Shown piece by piece: positions 16,523 through 25,102 of a stretch of 32,000 nt of DNA. The stretch's first letter is position 1; each line of letters opens with the position of its first letter. The notes below the pieces were generated by a model, which saw nothing but the letters and a program-made list of their open reading frames with translations, was not told the origin of the DNA and searched no databases. The stretch comes from Halalkalibacterium halodurans. GTDB taxonomy: Bacteria > Bacillota > Bacilli > Bacillales > Bacillaceae_D. The DNA is taken from positions 1 to 32,000 of the forward strand of contig NZ_SNUY01000031.1 of the NCBI RefSeq assembly GCF_004376175.1, given 5' to 3'. A program made the translations under genes and the position numbers.

Positions 16523-17311
16523 TCATTTCTCAGAAAGAGCAGTTGTTGCCATCAATTTGGAGAACGGTTTGTGGGATAAAATGTAGTCATCGACCCAAAC
16601 AGCATGACCATTGTTTATGTGATCTTCGTCTAAAATCTCACACACAATGTACGGATCAGTATTTTTCATTTTGGCCATCTGTTTAATGGTTGACGCGATT
16701 AACAATACCTTTCCATCTTCAGCTGTTGCGTCAACCGGGTAGTCGGAGGCAAAAAGACAAACCGTTTTCGCTTGCAGTACATTCGCTTTTTCAAGAATAT
16801 CAACCTTGCTTGGGTCGCCTTGTACATAATAAACGTTTGCATCGTCAATCGAAACGTCCGTCCGTTCATCGATTACGACGATCTTCGTTGTTTTCTTTTC
16901 ATTTAGAATTTCCATAATGGAGAGTTTTGCCTTCTCAGACCAGGTGATCATCACGACATGATTTTTGCCTTGATAGACCATCGAGTTGTCCTCCTTTAAC
17001 TCCTCATACTTTAGAATAAAATCGATCCATTTTGCAATCATCACCGCAAAAAAACTAATACCGAAAAGGTAAATCACGGTCGTGAACAATCTTCCTGCAA
17101 CGGTCTCTGGAATATAATCTCCGAAGCCAACTTGAGATACCGTTGTCATAACGAACCAAAATCCGATATAAGGGCTTTTAAACTCTTCAGGTTCAATCCA
17201 ATGAATCACAAATGAGCTAATGAGAATAAACAGAATTCCAAACAAGATGATTTTCCAATGTTCAATTCGGATGCTGTGGCGAAGCACTTTTTTAATCAAA
17301 CTAATCATCAT
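16523..17311 (-). CDS. Two-TM potassium channel with a C-terminal RCK/TrkA-N-like domain
   Basis: 262 aa. Pore helix and selectivity filter TTVSQVGFGDY (GFGD variant of GYGD) lie between two TM helices. The cytoplasmic Rossmann-like domain lacks GxGxxG (VVMITWSEKAK). Confidence 0.85.
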   Translation of the reverse strand: MMISLIKKVLRHSIRIEHWKIILFGILFILISSFVIHWIEPEEFKSPYIGFWFVMTTVSQVGFGDYIPETVAGRLFTTVIYLFGISFFAVMIAKWIDFILKYEELKEDNSMVYQGKNHVVMITWSEKAKLSIMEILNEKKTTKIVVIDERTDVSIDDANVYYVQGDPSKVDILEKANVLQAKTVCLFASDYPVDATAEDGKVLLIASTIKQMAKMKNTDPYIVCEILDEDHINNGHAVWVDDYILSHKPFSKLMATTALSEK

Positions 17312-17407
17312 TATATATAAAAACTCCTTACTTTTTATACTAAGGTTGTGCGGAAGTCAAGATTTCATTCTTTCCAAATGTTAAATGATGATTAGATACG
17401 ATCTCTG

Positions 17408-18130
17408 CTAGCGAAGAACAGGATGTTTAGGTGCAATATGATGTGAGTAAAGGGAGATGTGCATGTTATGAGTTTCGTTGATGGATCCAAAAAATATATC
17501 GGAAATATTGTGATAGCCAAGTTGCTTTAACGTTTGATGCAGCCAGTCTTCCGTTAAGCCTAAGTTGTCCAGCACTTGCTTTTGAACCGTTCCTTCCACA
17601 ATAATGGGGTAGGCAATCGTCCCTTTTTCGGGTGGTAACTGAAAATCCTTTCTTGTGACTGGGACGTGCGATGATTTCATCTGTATGCTTAAATCACCGT
17701 TAGCCTCAATGATTCCAAGCTCGACCAAGGATACATCAAAAACATTTTGCTGGCGCAGCATGGACAGGATATTATCGACTGTATAGCGTATATTTTTTAA
17801 GTTCTGCTCAAGAAATTGCCCGTTTTGGATGACGATCGTAGGAGGAAAAGTGATTAATTTGCGGAAACGATCAAAGCTAATCAGTGATGTCGCCACAGCT
17901 TTTTGAAGAAGGGCAATCGCAAGTATGGCAATCACCGTTGGAAGATGCTTGACGTCCGGGTCTGCCAAATCTGCCCCAACGACCGATCCCAGTACTAAAA
18001 ACACAATGTAATCGAAGACGGGAAGTTCTGAAATTGAGCGCCTTCCCATAAATAGGGTAACGACTAATAGCAAAGGCAAGATCATGGCGACTCGACCTAA
18101 TACCGTAGGAATATCCTGAGCCCATTCCAT
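17408..18130 (-). CDS. YetF-family membrane protein (DUF421), second paralogue
   Basis: The ATG at 18130 follows SD gaggtga (5-nt spacing). The ORF-track start 18148 lacks an SD. Motif LFMGRRSISELPVFDYIVFLVLGSVVG. Confidence 0.85.
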   Translation of the reverse strand: MEWAQDIPTVLGRVAMILPLLLVVTLFMGRRSISELPVFDYIVFLVLGSVVGADLADPDVKHLPTVIAILAIALLQKAVATSLISFDRFRKLITFPPTIVIQNGQFLEQNLKNIRYTVDNILSMLRQQNVFDVSLVELGIIEANGDLSIQMKSSHVPVTRKDFQLPPEKGTIAYPIIVEGTVQKQVLDNLGLTEDWLHQTLKQLGYHNISDIFFGSINETHNMHISLYSHHIAPKHPVLR

Positions 18131-18233
18131 CTGTTTCACCTCGAACATAAGATAAATGTATATGTAGTATGCGCGAAATAAGAAAGGATATGACTTTCCT
18201 TCAATGAAGGATTGACTCGAATGGCGAGCTCGA

Positions 18234-18620
18234 TTAAGGAAGGCGAGGTTTAACGCCTCCCCTGTTTTTTAAAATGTCCGCTCGTTTTTTCTTCGGTAAC
18301 GAATGCCAGATAAGGGAATAGGAATGGTCAATGAGCTCCTCAATGAGTTCAATCGGCACTCGATGATTATCGTAATAAATTGAATTCCAGTGCTGCTTGT
18401 TAAGGTAGTAACCCGCAACAATATCCTCATACTGTTGGCGCAGAATCTCTGACTCACCAACATCACATTTTAAAGAAATTAAAGGCTTTTTCTTGCCGTC
18501 TGTTCCAATTATGGCAAACATTTTACCGCCGATCTTGTAATTGAATGCACTCCAATCTTCAACATATGTCTCTGTCGCTCCTAATTTAGCCTTACAAGCT
18601 GCTCTTAAATGCTCCATCAC
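18234..18620 (-). CDS. MmcQ/YjbR-family protein
   Basis: 128 aa. GGKMFAII...ISLKCD...LNKQHWNSIYYDN...LIDHSY is colinear with E. coli YjbR (LNKAHWSTVYLDG). Confidence 0.8.
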   Translation of the reverse strand: MMEHLRAACKAKLGATETYVEDWSAFNYKIGGKMFAIIGTDGKKKPLISLKCDVGESEILRQQYEDIVAGYYLNKQHWNSIYYDNHRVPIELIEELIDHSYSLIWHSLPKKKRADILKNRGGVKPRLP

Positions 18621-18886
18621 CTACCATAGAAAATCATTGTATGTTCAGTATACTTGAATATTTATCAGATTCATTGTAAAAAGAAACTCCGGGAATTATG
18701 ACAAAATGTTTGATCATATGAGGTTCGTCATAATAGCGGAAATTTGTGTGAAATCTCTTTTGTTAATTGAGTATTTAGCATCGTGATTATCCTCGTTCGA
18801 TAAGTTTGAGCTATTTTTACGAATCATAATAAAAAAACGGTGTGTATCAAGTTCTTTCGGTAACAAAAAGATTGTTGGACTGAAAC

Positions 18887-18919
18887 TAAAAAGAAGGAAG
18901 CTTTGGGGGCTTCCTTCTT
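18887..18919 (-). terminator. Orphan minus-strand intrinsic terminator
   Basis: aagaaggaagc (18891-18901) pairs with gcttccttctt (18909-18919). The A-run at 18887-18891 becomes the U tract on the minus strand. No convincing CDS lies upstream of it. Confidence 0.6.
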
Positions 18920-19156
18920 ACATGAGTGCACCATAATGTAGCCATGGTAAGGCTTGCGTTAGTTGTCGTTAAGATACTTTATGATCGTGGACCATAATGG
19001 CTCGTGTTTATGACTATTTCTTGAATAAAAAGGCAAGTGCACGTTTTTGTTCAAGTCTGGTAATTCCCCTATACCACTTTTGTTTTCAAACATAAATTGT
19101 AAGAGAAGTTCTCAAATGAGCTTCTGTAGGAAACTCATAGTAAAGGAGGGGGCCAC

Positions 19157-19252
19157 ATGCACGATAGAAAAGACGGATTCACTTTAGTCGTAATCTTGTT
19201 CATCCTTTTAATCATTGTAGGTTGCGCTTGCTTTACCTATGGTGGCTACTAG
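19157..19252 (+). CDS. YjcZ-like sporulation micro-protein (31 aa, single TM)
   Basis: SD aaaggaggggg lies 5 nt before the ATG. MHDRKDGFTLVVILFILLIIVGCACFTYGGY resembles the YjcZ-family core GFALIVVLFILLIIVG. It is followed by a terminator. Confidence 0.6.
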   Translation: MHDRKDGFTLVVILFILLIIVGCACFTYGGY

Positions 19253-19302
19253 GTTAACGGGTCCTTGATAGTGCAAAGGAGCATAGCCCACTGCTAATGA
19301 TT

Positions 19303-19347
19303 AAAAAAAACGATTTTCCTGCTTTTAAAGGGGAAAATCGTTTTTTT
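19303..19347. terminator. Bidirectional terminator (YjcZ-like gene / xdhC)
   Basis: cgattttcc (19311-19319) pairs with ggaaaatcg (19332-19340). A8 run upstream, T7 run downstream. Confidence 0.8.
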
Positions 19348-19398
19348 GCAAGTCATACCAGCTGAATGAAGAAAGCCAAACAGAGGTGCGACGGTTGG

Positions 19399-20424
19399 CT
19401 ACCGGCGAATGGACGTAATAAAGGGAGGGAATGATGAGCGTGAGTATTTTTTAGAATGGGCAATCTCAATTAATTGTGCGACAATGCTTATCGCAATTTC
19501 TTCCGGACCCTCGGCGTGAATCGAGAGGCCAACGGGTGAATAGAGATGGTCAGGAGGCTGATGGTTTTGTAATAAACGACGAGTTCGTTCTTTTGATCCT
19601 AATATACCGATGTAGCGAAGCTCTTTTTCCAATAAAAAATGGAGAATCTCTTGATCCTTTTGAAAGTGGTGGGTCATGATCAATACGAAGTCATCTGACT
19701 GAATAGGGAACTTACTTAAAAAATGAGCGGGAAAATCGACAATGATTTCATCTGCGTCAGGAAAAAAATGCTTCTCACATTGATTGGGACGCCAATCGGT
19801 GACGACCGTATAAAATCCAACGTTGCCCGCAAATGTAACAAGAGGTGGAACGTCAGGTCCTGCCCCAAAAATAATTAGCCGTTCTTTTGGAGAATAGATG
19901 TGGGTAAACATTAATGATTCTTCATTTTCATCTATTTTACGAATCCACTCCACGGGATGGCCGCTATGCCATTCCCCAAAATAAACACGTTCGTCAAGGA
20001 TAAACGCATATTCCAAAACGGCACCTGACGTTGACAGCTTTTTCACATGAAAAACCGATTTTCCTGCACATAAATAATCATAGACTCGCTTTAAGTGTTG
20101 TCTCAGCTTGAGATCCACCGGCTCTAAGAGAACGGAGATTGTCCCGTTACATCCGCTTCCTTGTCCCCATGAGAGATCGTCCTCCGAGCTTAAATCGTAA
20201 ACAACGGTACGAGACAATGATTCTTGCCACACTTTCTGTGCTTTTATGGTTAAATCCGTTTCTAAGCAGCCGCCGCTCAATAAACCGACCTGTGTCCCAT
20301 CTTCCTGAAAAAGCATCATCGCTCCCTCTTTTCGATAAGAGGAGCCTTCTACATGAATAATCGTTGCCATCACACTAGGTTGATCAGTTCCAGCTAGCGT
20401 CTCTAACAACTCAATATCGCTCAC
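19399..20424 (-). CDS. XdhC/CoxI-family molybdo-enzyme maturation factor
   Basis: 341 aa with a GTG start. The N-domain ATIIHVEGSSYRKEGAMMLFQEDGTQVGLLSGGCLE and the Rossmann-like C-domain LIIFGAGPDVPPL are typical of XdhC. Confidence 0.85.
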   Translation of the reverse strand: MSDIELLETLAGTDQPSVMATIIHVEGSSYRKEGAMMLFQEDGTQVGLLSGGCLETDLTIKAQKVWQESLSRTVVYDLSSEDDLSWGQGSGCNGTISVLLEPVDLKLRQHLKRVYDYLCAGKSVFHVKKLSTSGAVLEYAFILDERVYFGEWHSGHPVEWIRKIDENEESLMFTHIYSPKERLIIFGAGPDVPPLVTFAGNVGFYTVVTDWRPNQCEKHFFPDADEIIVDFPAHFLSKFPIQSDDFVLIMTHHFQKDQEILHFLLEKELRYIGILGSKERTRRLLQNHQPPDHLYSPVGLSIHAEGPEEIAISIVAQLIEIAHSKKYSRSSFPPFITSIRR

Positions 20425-20511
20425 GCATCAACACATCCCTTATTTCCAGTGACCTGTAATGATGTGTATGATACGTGAAGCTAGATAGAACATAGACGAG
20501 AATAGGTTTCG

Positions 20512-20712
20512 TTATTTTTTGATGATCAAGCAATCTCCATCTTTTAGATAGAACAGATCCGCTAAAAACACTTCAGCGATTGCATTCGCGATTTCTTTTA
20601 ATTCTTCAGCATCCTTTGCAAATAAACAAAGGGGATCTCCACCTAAATATCGGTCTTTATTCGTCGTAATGAACGCAAGGATTCCTTGAATTTGATTATC
20701 GTTTTTCTCCAT
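20512..20712 (-). CDS. Small partner protein of YIEGIA (capping-complex-subunit family)
   Basis: 66-68 aa ORF lying 15 nt downstream of the YIEGIA gene on the same strand. The call rests on conserved adjacency and size, not on a recognised motif. Confidence 0.55.
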   Translation of the reverse strand: MEKNDNQIQGILAFITTNKDRYLGGDPLCLFAKDAEELKEIANAIAEVFLADLFYLKDGDCLIIKK

Positions 20713-20733
20713 CTTCATATTCCTTTCGATTGC

Positions 20734-21663
20734 CTAGTTAGATTTCACGGTCCCTTGATGTTTATTAAAAAGTTCAGGGTTTTTCTTGACGGTTTCTAAT
20801 AAAGGTGTCAGTAGGATCGTTTCTTTTAACAGTTGAAAATTTTTAATGATCGGTACGAGGGCAATAATAATTTTTCCGTCTGCTGGATTTTGCACACTAT
20901 ACAGCTTTCGTTGCCCCAACCTCCTCGTCGTTTCAAATAAAATCGCTTGCCGTTGTCCACTGTTAAGGAGAGGAATTTGATAGTGCTCATGGTTCGGATG
21001 TATGACAGCTGCAAGCCCATCCTCTAAAAACCATTGTTTCGCTTCCTCTCTCCCCATTAAATGAGAGACGAACATACCATCCACATAAAGGTCTGATCCT
21101 TTAATTTCCATAAGTCCTTCTGTCACTGACGCGATGTCCCCGATTTTTTGCCGCTCCGTAAAGCGTTTCAACAAATAAAATAGAACCAAACCGACCGCGG
21201 CCCCAACGAAAATTTCAACCCATCTAGAAACGTTTAAGAACTCTTGAAGTAGCTGGATTGTCAAGGCTGTTGTAAACGAAACAAGCATGGCGATATAGTT
21301 TCGCGCTTCGAAGATTTTTGCAATCCCATCGATGTATGCATCTCCACGTTTTGCAAATTCATCGCCTTCAAGATCAAGCAAGCTTTCCCGTTCGGTTTTT
21401 CGCACGTCACGGAAATGCTGAATGGCTAACGCAAGAAAGGTTACAGCAGCAAAGTCCTTTGCCATTAATGTTGGAATGACAATAGCCCCTAATGCGGAGG
21501 CAAGTCCGCCTGTGACGACATGAATAAGATATCCGTTCGGATAATTCGGATATTGCCGATAGTCTAATTTAATAGTCAGAAGCCGAGCGATCGTGCCAAT
21601 CACTGTTGCTGTAATAATCAACACTAACATTTCTGGTGAAATGATGTCATTGTTATTTGACAT
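20734..21663 (-). CDS. YIEGIA-family membrane protein
   Basis: The ATG at 21663 follows SD taaggag. Multi-TM protein carrying the family-naming motif as AYIDGIAKIF. The ORF-track start 21687 lacks an SD. Confidence 0.8.
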   Translation of the reverse strand: MSNNNDIISPEMLVLIITATVIGTIARLLTIKLDYRQYPNYPNGYLIHVVTGGLASALGAIVIPTLMAKDFAAVTFLALAIQHFRDVRKTERESLLDLEGDEFAKRGDAYIDGIAKIFEARNYIAMLVSFTTALTIQLLQEFLNVSRWVEIFVGAAVGLVLFYLLKRFTERQKIGDIASVTEGLMEIKGSDLYVDGMFVSHLMGREEAKQWFLEDGLAAVIHPNHEHYQIPLLNSGQRQAILFETTRRLGQRKLYSVQNPADGKIIIALVPIIKNFQLLKETILLTPLLETVKKNPELFNKHQGTVKSN

Positions 21664-21689
21664 AAAAGGTGAGCTCCTTACAAACAATT

Positions 21690-21733
21690 TTGCTATTAGG
21701 ATGAATAAAACGTCTATTTTTATTCAATAGCAA
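21690..21733. promoter_or_regulatory. 44-bp imperfect palindrome in a divergent promoter region
   Basis: ttgctatt(agga)tgaataaaa - cgtct - atttttattca-atagcaa. The arms pair over about 17 bp with one 4-nt bulge. Confidence 0.4.
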
Positions 21734-21832
21734 ATCATCCCCAAAGTATGCGAATGGGTTTTCGTTAATAAGCAATACTAACAAAATGAACCTTTTTGTT
21801 TGGAAAAACTTGTTTTTCAGAGGTGCTTTATG

Positions 21833-24157
21833 ATGAGTCGAAGTATTGGAAAAAGCATTTATCGTAAAGAGGCAATGGCAAAAGTGACAGGGGCTGCAAA
21901 ATATACGGCAGACTGGGCGACATCCGAGATGCTACATATCAAGCTTGTCACAAGCCCTTATGCCCATGCACTCATAAAAGATATTGACTTAACCGAAGCC
22001 TATCAAGTACCGGGTGTTCGGCGAATTGTCATCGGACAGCCATTTCCTCTTACTGGAGAAGAACTACAAGATCGCCCTCCGATCGCCTATCATAAAGTAC
22101 GCTACCACGGGGAGCCTGTCGCGGCGGTTGTTGCAGATGATCCTGTGCAAGCAAAAAAAGCAGCGGAACAGGTTAAGGTTACCTATGAACCCCTTCCCGT
22201 TGTGAACTCGGTCACCGATGCGCTTCATCCCAACGCGGTGTTGGTTCATGACCATGTCGAAACCTATGAACGGATTGAACATGTATATCCTGAAGCAAAC
22301 AGCAACATAGCAGACCATACAAAAATCCGCAAAGGAAACATAGAAGAAGGCTGGGCGCAAAGTGATGTGACGGTCAATGCTCACTTTTCGTTTTCACCAT
22401 CGGACCATATCGCGATGGAAACTCGCTGTGTTACAGCGGAAATCTGCCCAGACGGGAAAGTTGTCTTTACCTCATCGACCCAATCACCCTATATCATCAA
22501 AAAGTTAATGAAAAAATACTTTGAGATTGATGAAGGGAGCGTGATTGTGCACACTCCGTTAGTAGGAGGGGGCTATGGCGGGAAGGTAGCGGTCCAACTT
22601 GAACTCATTGCTTATATGGCAACGCTCGCAGTCGGTGGAAGAAAGGTGAAACTTTTAAATACACGGGAGGAGGATATGATTACATCGCCCGTGCACATCG
22701 GGCTCGAAGCAGATATCAAACTAGGAGCATCAAAAGATGGATTTTTAAAAGCAGCCGAAATCTTGTACAAGTTTGATACAGGGGCCTATTCTGATAAAGG
22801 GGCGACGATCAGCCGAGCGGCGGCTGTCACTTGTACAGGCCCATATCACATCGAAAACATTTGGTGCGATTCCCTTTGTGTCTATACAAACCATCCGTAT
22901 GCGACAGCTTACAGAGGATTCAGTCACTCTGAGCTACTATTTGTTTTCGAGCGAGCGATGGATCAACTCGCACGAAGGCTAGAGATGGACCCGTTAGAAT
23001 TACGGCTGAAAAATGCCATCTTACCAGGGCATACAACCCCGACGCAAATGCGATTAAATCAAAGCACTGTCGGAGACTTGCCGCAGTGTATCAATAAATT
23101 GAAAACGTTAATGAATTGGACAGAAGGCCAAGTTATTCCAATTAATGACCAAAAAATACGGGTGAAAGGCGTAAGCTGTCTTTGGAAAACATCAACAATT
23201 GATTCACAGGCAAGCTCCGGTGTTGTCCTAATCTTTAATGCAGACGGAAGCATCAACGTCCTATCGGGTCTAGTTGAAATCGGGACAGGGACAAAAACAA
23301 TCCTAGCTCAATTACTTGCAGAAAAGTTGAGCATGGATGTGGATAAGATCCACGCCAAAATGGAAGTAGACACCCAATCGATGCCAGAGCATTGGAAAAC
23401 CGTGGCAAGTAGAGGGACGTTAATGGCGGGAAGGGCGTTATTACATGCTGCAGACGACGTCATTCGTCAATTAAAGGATTTGGCCTCACGGGTTCTCATC
23501 TGCTCCCCTGAGGATTTAGAAGTTGGAAATGAGAGGGTGTACGTTCGTGATGAACCTGACACATTTATTAAAGTCTCCGATATTTGTCATGGCTATAAAT
23601 ACCCGAGTGGTTACGCCATCGGGGCACCGATTGTTGGAAGAGGTCACTACACATTAAGGCACATCACCCACCTGGAGCATGATACTGGGGTCGGAAAGCC
23701 TGGACCTGAATATGCTGTTGGTGCCCAAGGGGTAGAAGTGGAATTTGACCTGCGAGACTATACGTATAAAATTTTGAAGGCTTACGCCGTAATCGATATC
23801 GGAAGAGTGTTAAATGAAAAGGCGGCAAAAGGGCAAGTAATGGGGGCGATGAGCATGGGGTTAAACTTTGGTAGCAGTGAGACATTCGTGTTCAATGAGG
23901 ATGGTCAAGTGTTAAATCCTCGCCTGCGAACCTATACACCGTTTCGTTATGGTGACCACCCTGAATATATAGTGGATTTTGTCGAGACTCCCCATATTGA
24001 TGGACCCTATGGTGGGCGTGGCATCGGTGAACACGGCTTAATCGGCATGCCGGCAGCATTGGCCAACAGTCTGTCACTTGCTGCAGGTGTGGATCTCAAT
24101 CAGCTGCCATTAACTCCGGAGCTCATTTGGCAAGAGAAAAGGCGGTCCTCCTCATGA
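21833..24157 (+). CDS. Xanthine dehydrogenase/aldehyde oxidase-family molybdopterin-binding large subunit
   Basis: About 774 aa. a/b-hammerhead N-terminus (GKSIYRKEAMAKVTGAAKYTAD), GGGYGGK, and the Mo-cofactor domain signature GIGEHGLIG. SD agaggtg is present. The ORF appears intact. Confidence 0.9.
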   Translation: MSRSIGKSIYRKEAMAKVTGAAKYTADWATSEMLHIKLVTSPYAHALIKDIDLTEAYQVPGVRRIVIGQPFPLTGEELQDRPPIAYHKVRYHGEPVAAVVADDPVQAKKAAEQVKVTYEPLPVVNSVTDALHPNAVLVHDHVETYERIEHVYPEANSNIADHTKIRKGNIEEGWAQSDVTVNAHFSFSPSDHIAMETRCVTAEICPDGKVVFTSSTQSPYIIKKLMKKYFEIDEGSVIVHTPLVGGGYGGKVAVQLELIAYMATLAVGGRKVKLLNTREEDMITSPVHIGLEADIKLGASKDGFLKAAEILYKFDTGAYSDKGATISRAAAVTCTGPYHIENIWCDSLCVYTNHPYATAYRGFSHSELLFVFERAMDQLARRLEMDPLELRLKNAILPGHTTPTQMRLNQSTVGDLPQCINKLKTLMNWTEGQVIPINDQKIRVKGVSCLWKTSTIDSQASSGVVLIFNADGSINVLSGLVEIGTGTKTILAQLLAEKLSMDVDKIHAKMEVDTQSMPEHWKTVASRGTLMAGRALLHAADDVIRQLKDLASRVLICSPEDLEVGNERVYVRDEPDTFIKVSDICHGYKYPSGYAIGAPIVGRGHYTLRHITHLEHDTGVGKPGPEYAVGAQGVEVEFDLRDYTYKILKAYAVIDIGRVLNEKAAKGQVMGAMSMGLNFGSSETFVFNEDGQVLNPRLRTYTPFRYGDHPEYIVDFVETPHIDGPYGGRGIGEHGLIGMPAALANSLSLAAGVDLNQLPLTPELIWQEKRRSSS

Positions 24158-24562
24158 TTTCGTTTGAATTTGAATATTACAAACCAGCCTCCGTCATAGA
24201 AGCGACAACATTATTTCAATCGTTGGATCAAGCGGGGAAAGACCCGATGTATGTTTCGGGCGCTACCGAACTCATTACGCTAGGGCGAGTCAACCAACTA
24301 AAATCAGGTGCCATCATTGATCTGAAAGGAATTTCCGCATGCGTTTAGCGGGCTTTGCGCTTTTCCGTTTCGAGATCAAACCATGGAGCAATGGTTAAAT
24401 GATCATCAATTATCTACAGAACAACGGATTGAAAAATCGATTGAGCAAGTGCCGGCGCCGATTGTAAATGACGTGCATGGATCATCCGAGTACCGAACGT
24501 TTGTCCTAAAAAACACATTGACTGATGTACTGAATGAGTTGGAGGGCGAAGGTCATGTATAA
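24154..24562 (+). pseudogene. FAD-binding medium subunit (CoxM/XdhB-like) with an internal deletion and frame change
   Basis: The ATG overlaps the large-subunit stop (ATGA). The N-terminal 64 aa (FEYYKPASVIEA...VSGATELITLGR...IIDLKGIS) end at the TAG at 24346-24348. The C-terminal ~70 aa (...EQWLNDHQL...VNDVHGSSEYRTFVLKNTL...) continue in another frame to the TAA at 24560-24562. The total is about 135 codons, against roughly 280 that I recall as typical. Confidence 0.7.
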
Positions 24563-25027
24563 AACAGAAATCACATTAGACGTAAACAACGAACAGCGAA
24601 CGGTTTATGTGAGAAATGCCGATCTATTGTTAGATGTATTGCGTGAGCCATTAGGGTTAACAGGAGCGAAGCCAGGTTGCTTAAATGGAGATTGCGGCAC
24701 ATGTACCATCGAGGTGGATGGGGAAACAATGAAAGCGTGCTTAATGCTAGCCGTAGAGGCTGTCGGAAAAAAATCACAACGATTGAAGGCTTAAAAGGTA
24801 CGCTAGTGCAAGGAGCGTTCATTGAGAAGTTCGCCTTCCAATGCGGGTACTGTACACCGGGGTTTATTATCAATTGCCATACACTCTTGCAAAAATACCC
24901 GACGGCAGACGATACCGTCATCAAGGATTGGTTAGAATCGAACATATGTCGTTGCACAGGTTACCAAGAAATTGAGGAGGCAGTAAAAGCGGTCCAAGAT
25001 CAATTAAAAAATGGCTCTCGAGAATAA
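24555..25027 (+). pseudogene. 2Fe-2S small subunit (CoxS/XdhC-iron-sulfur type) interrupted by a -1 frameshift at an A7 run
   Basis: Frame 0 gives MYKTEITLDVNN...GCLNGDCGTCTIEVDG...AVGKKSQRLKA-stop (24794). The -1 frame from 24773 continues ITTIEGL...FQCGYCTPGFI...NICRCTGYQEI to 25027. An eighth A in the run at 24767-24773 would restore GKKITTIEGL. Confidence 0.8.
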
Positions 25028-25102
25028 AGGGTATGCATGACTACGGAAGGTTACATACTAACGATGAAACAGCAACAATCATCATGAGGAGGTCGATCAA
25101 AC

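Noticed and set aside
22014-24077. Short ORFs on both strands inside the hydroxylase large-subunit gene
   Set aside because: They are shadow ORFs within a 774-aa frame that has family motifs throughout.
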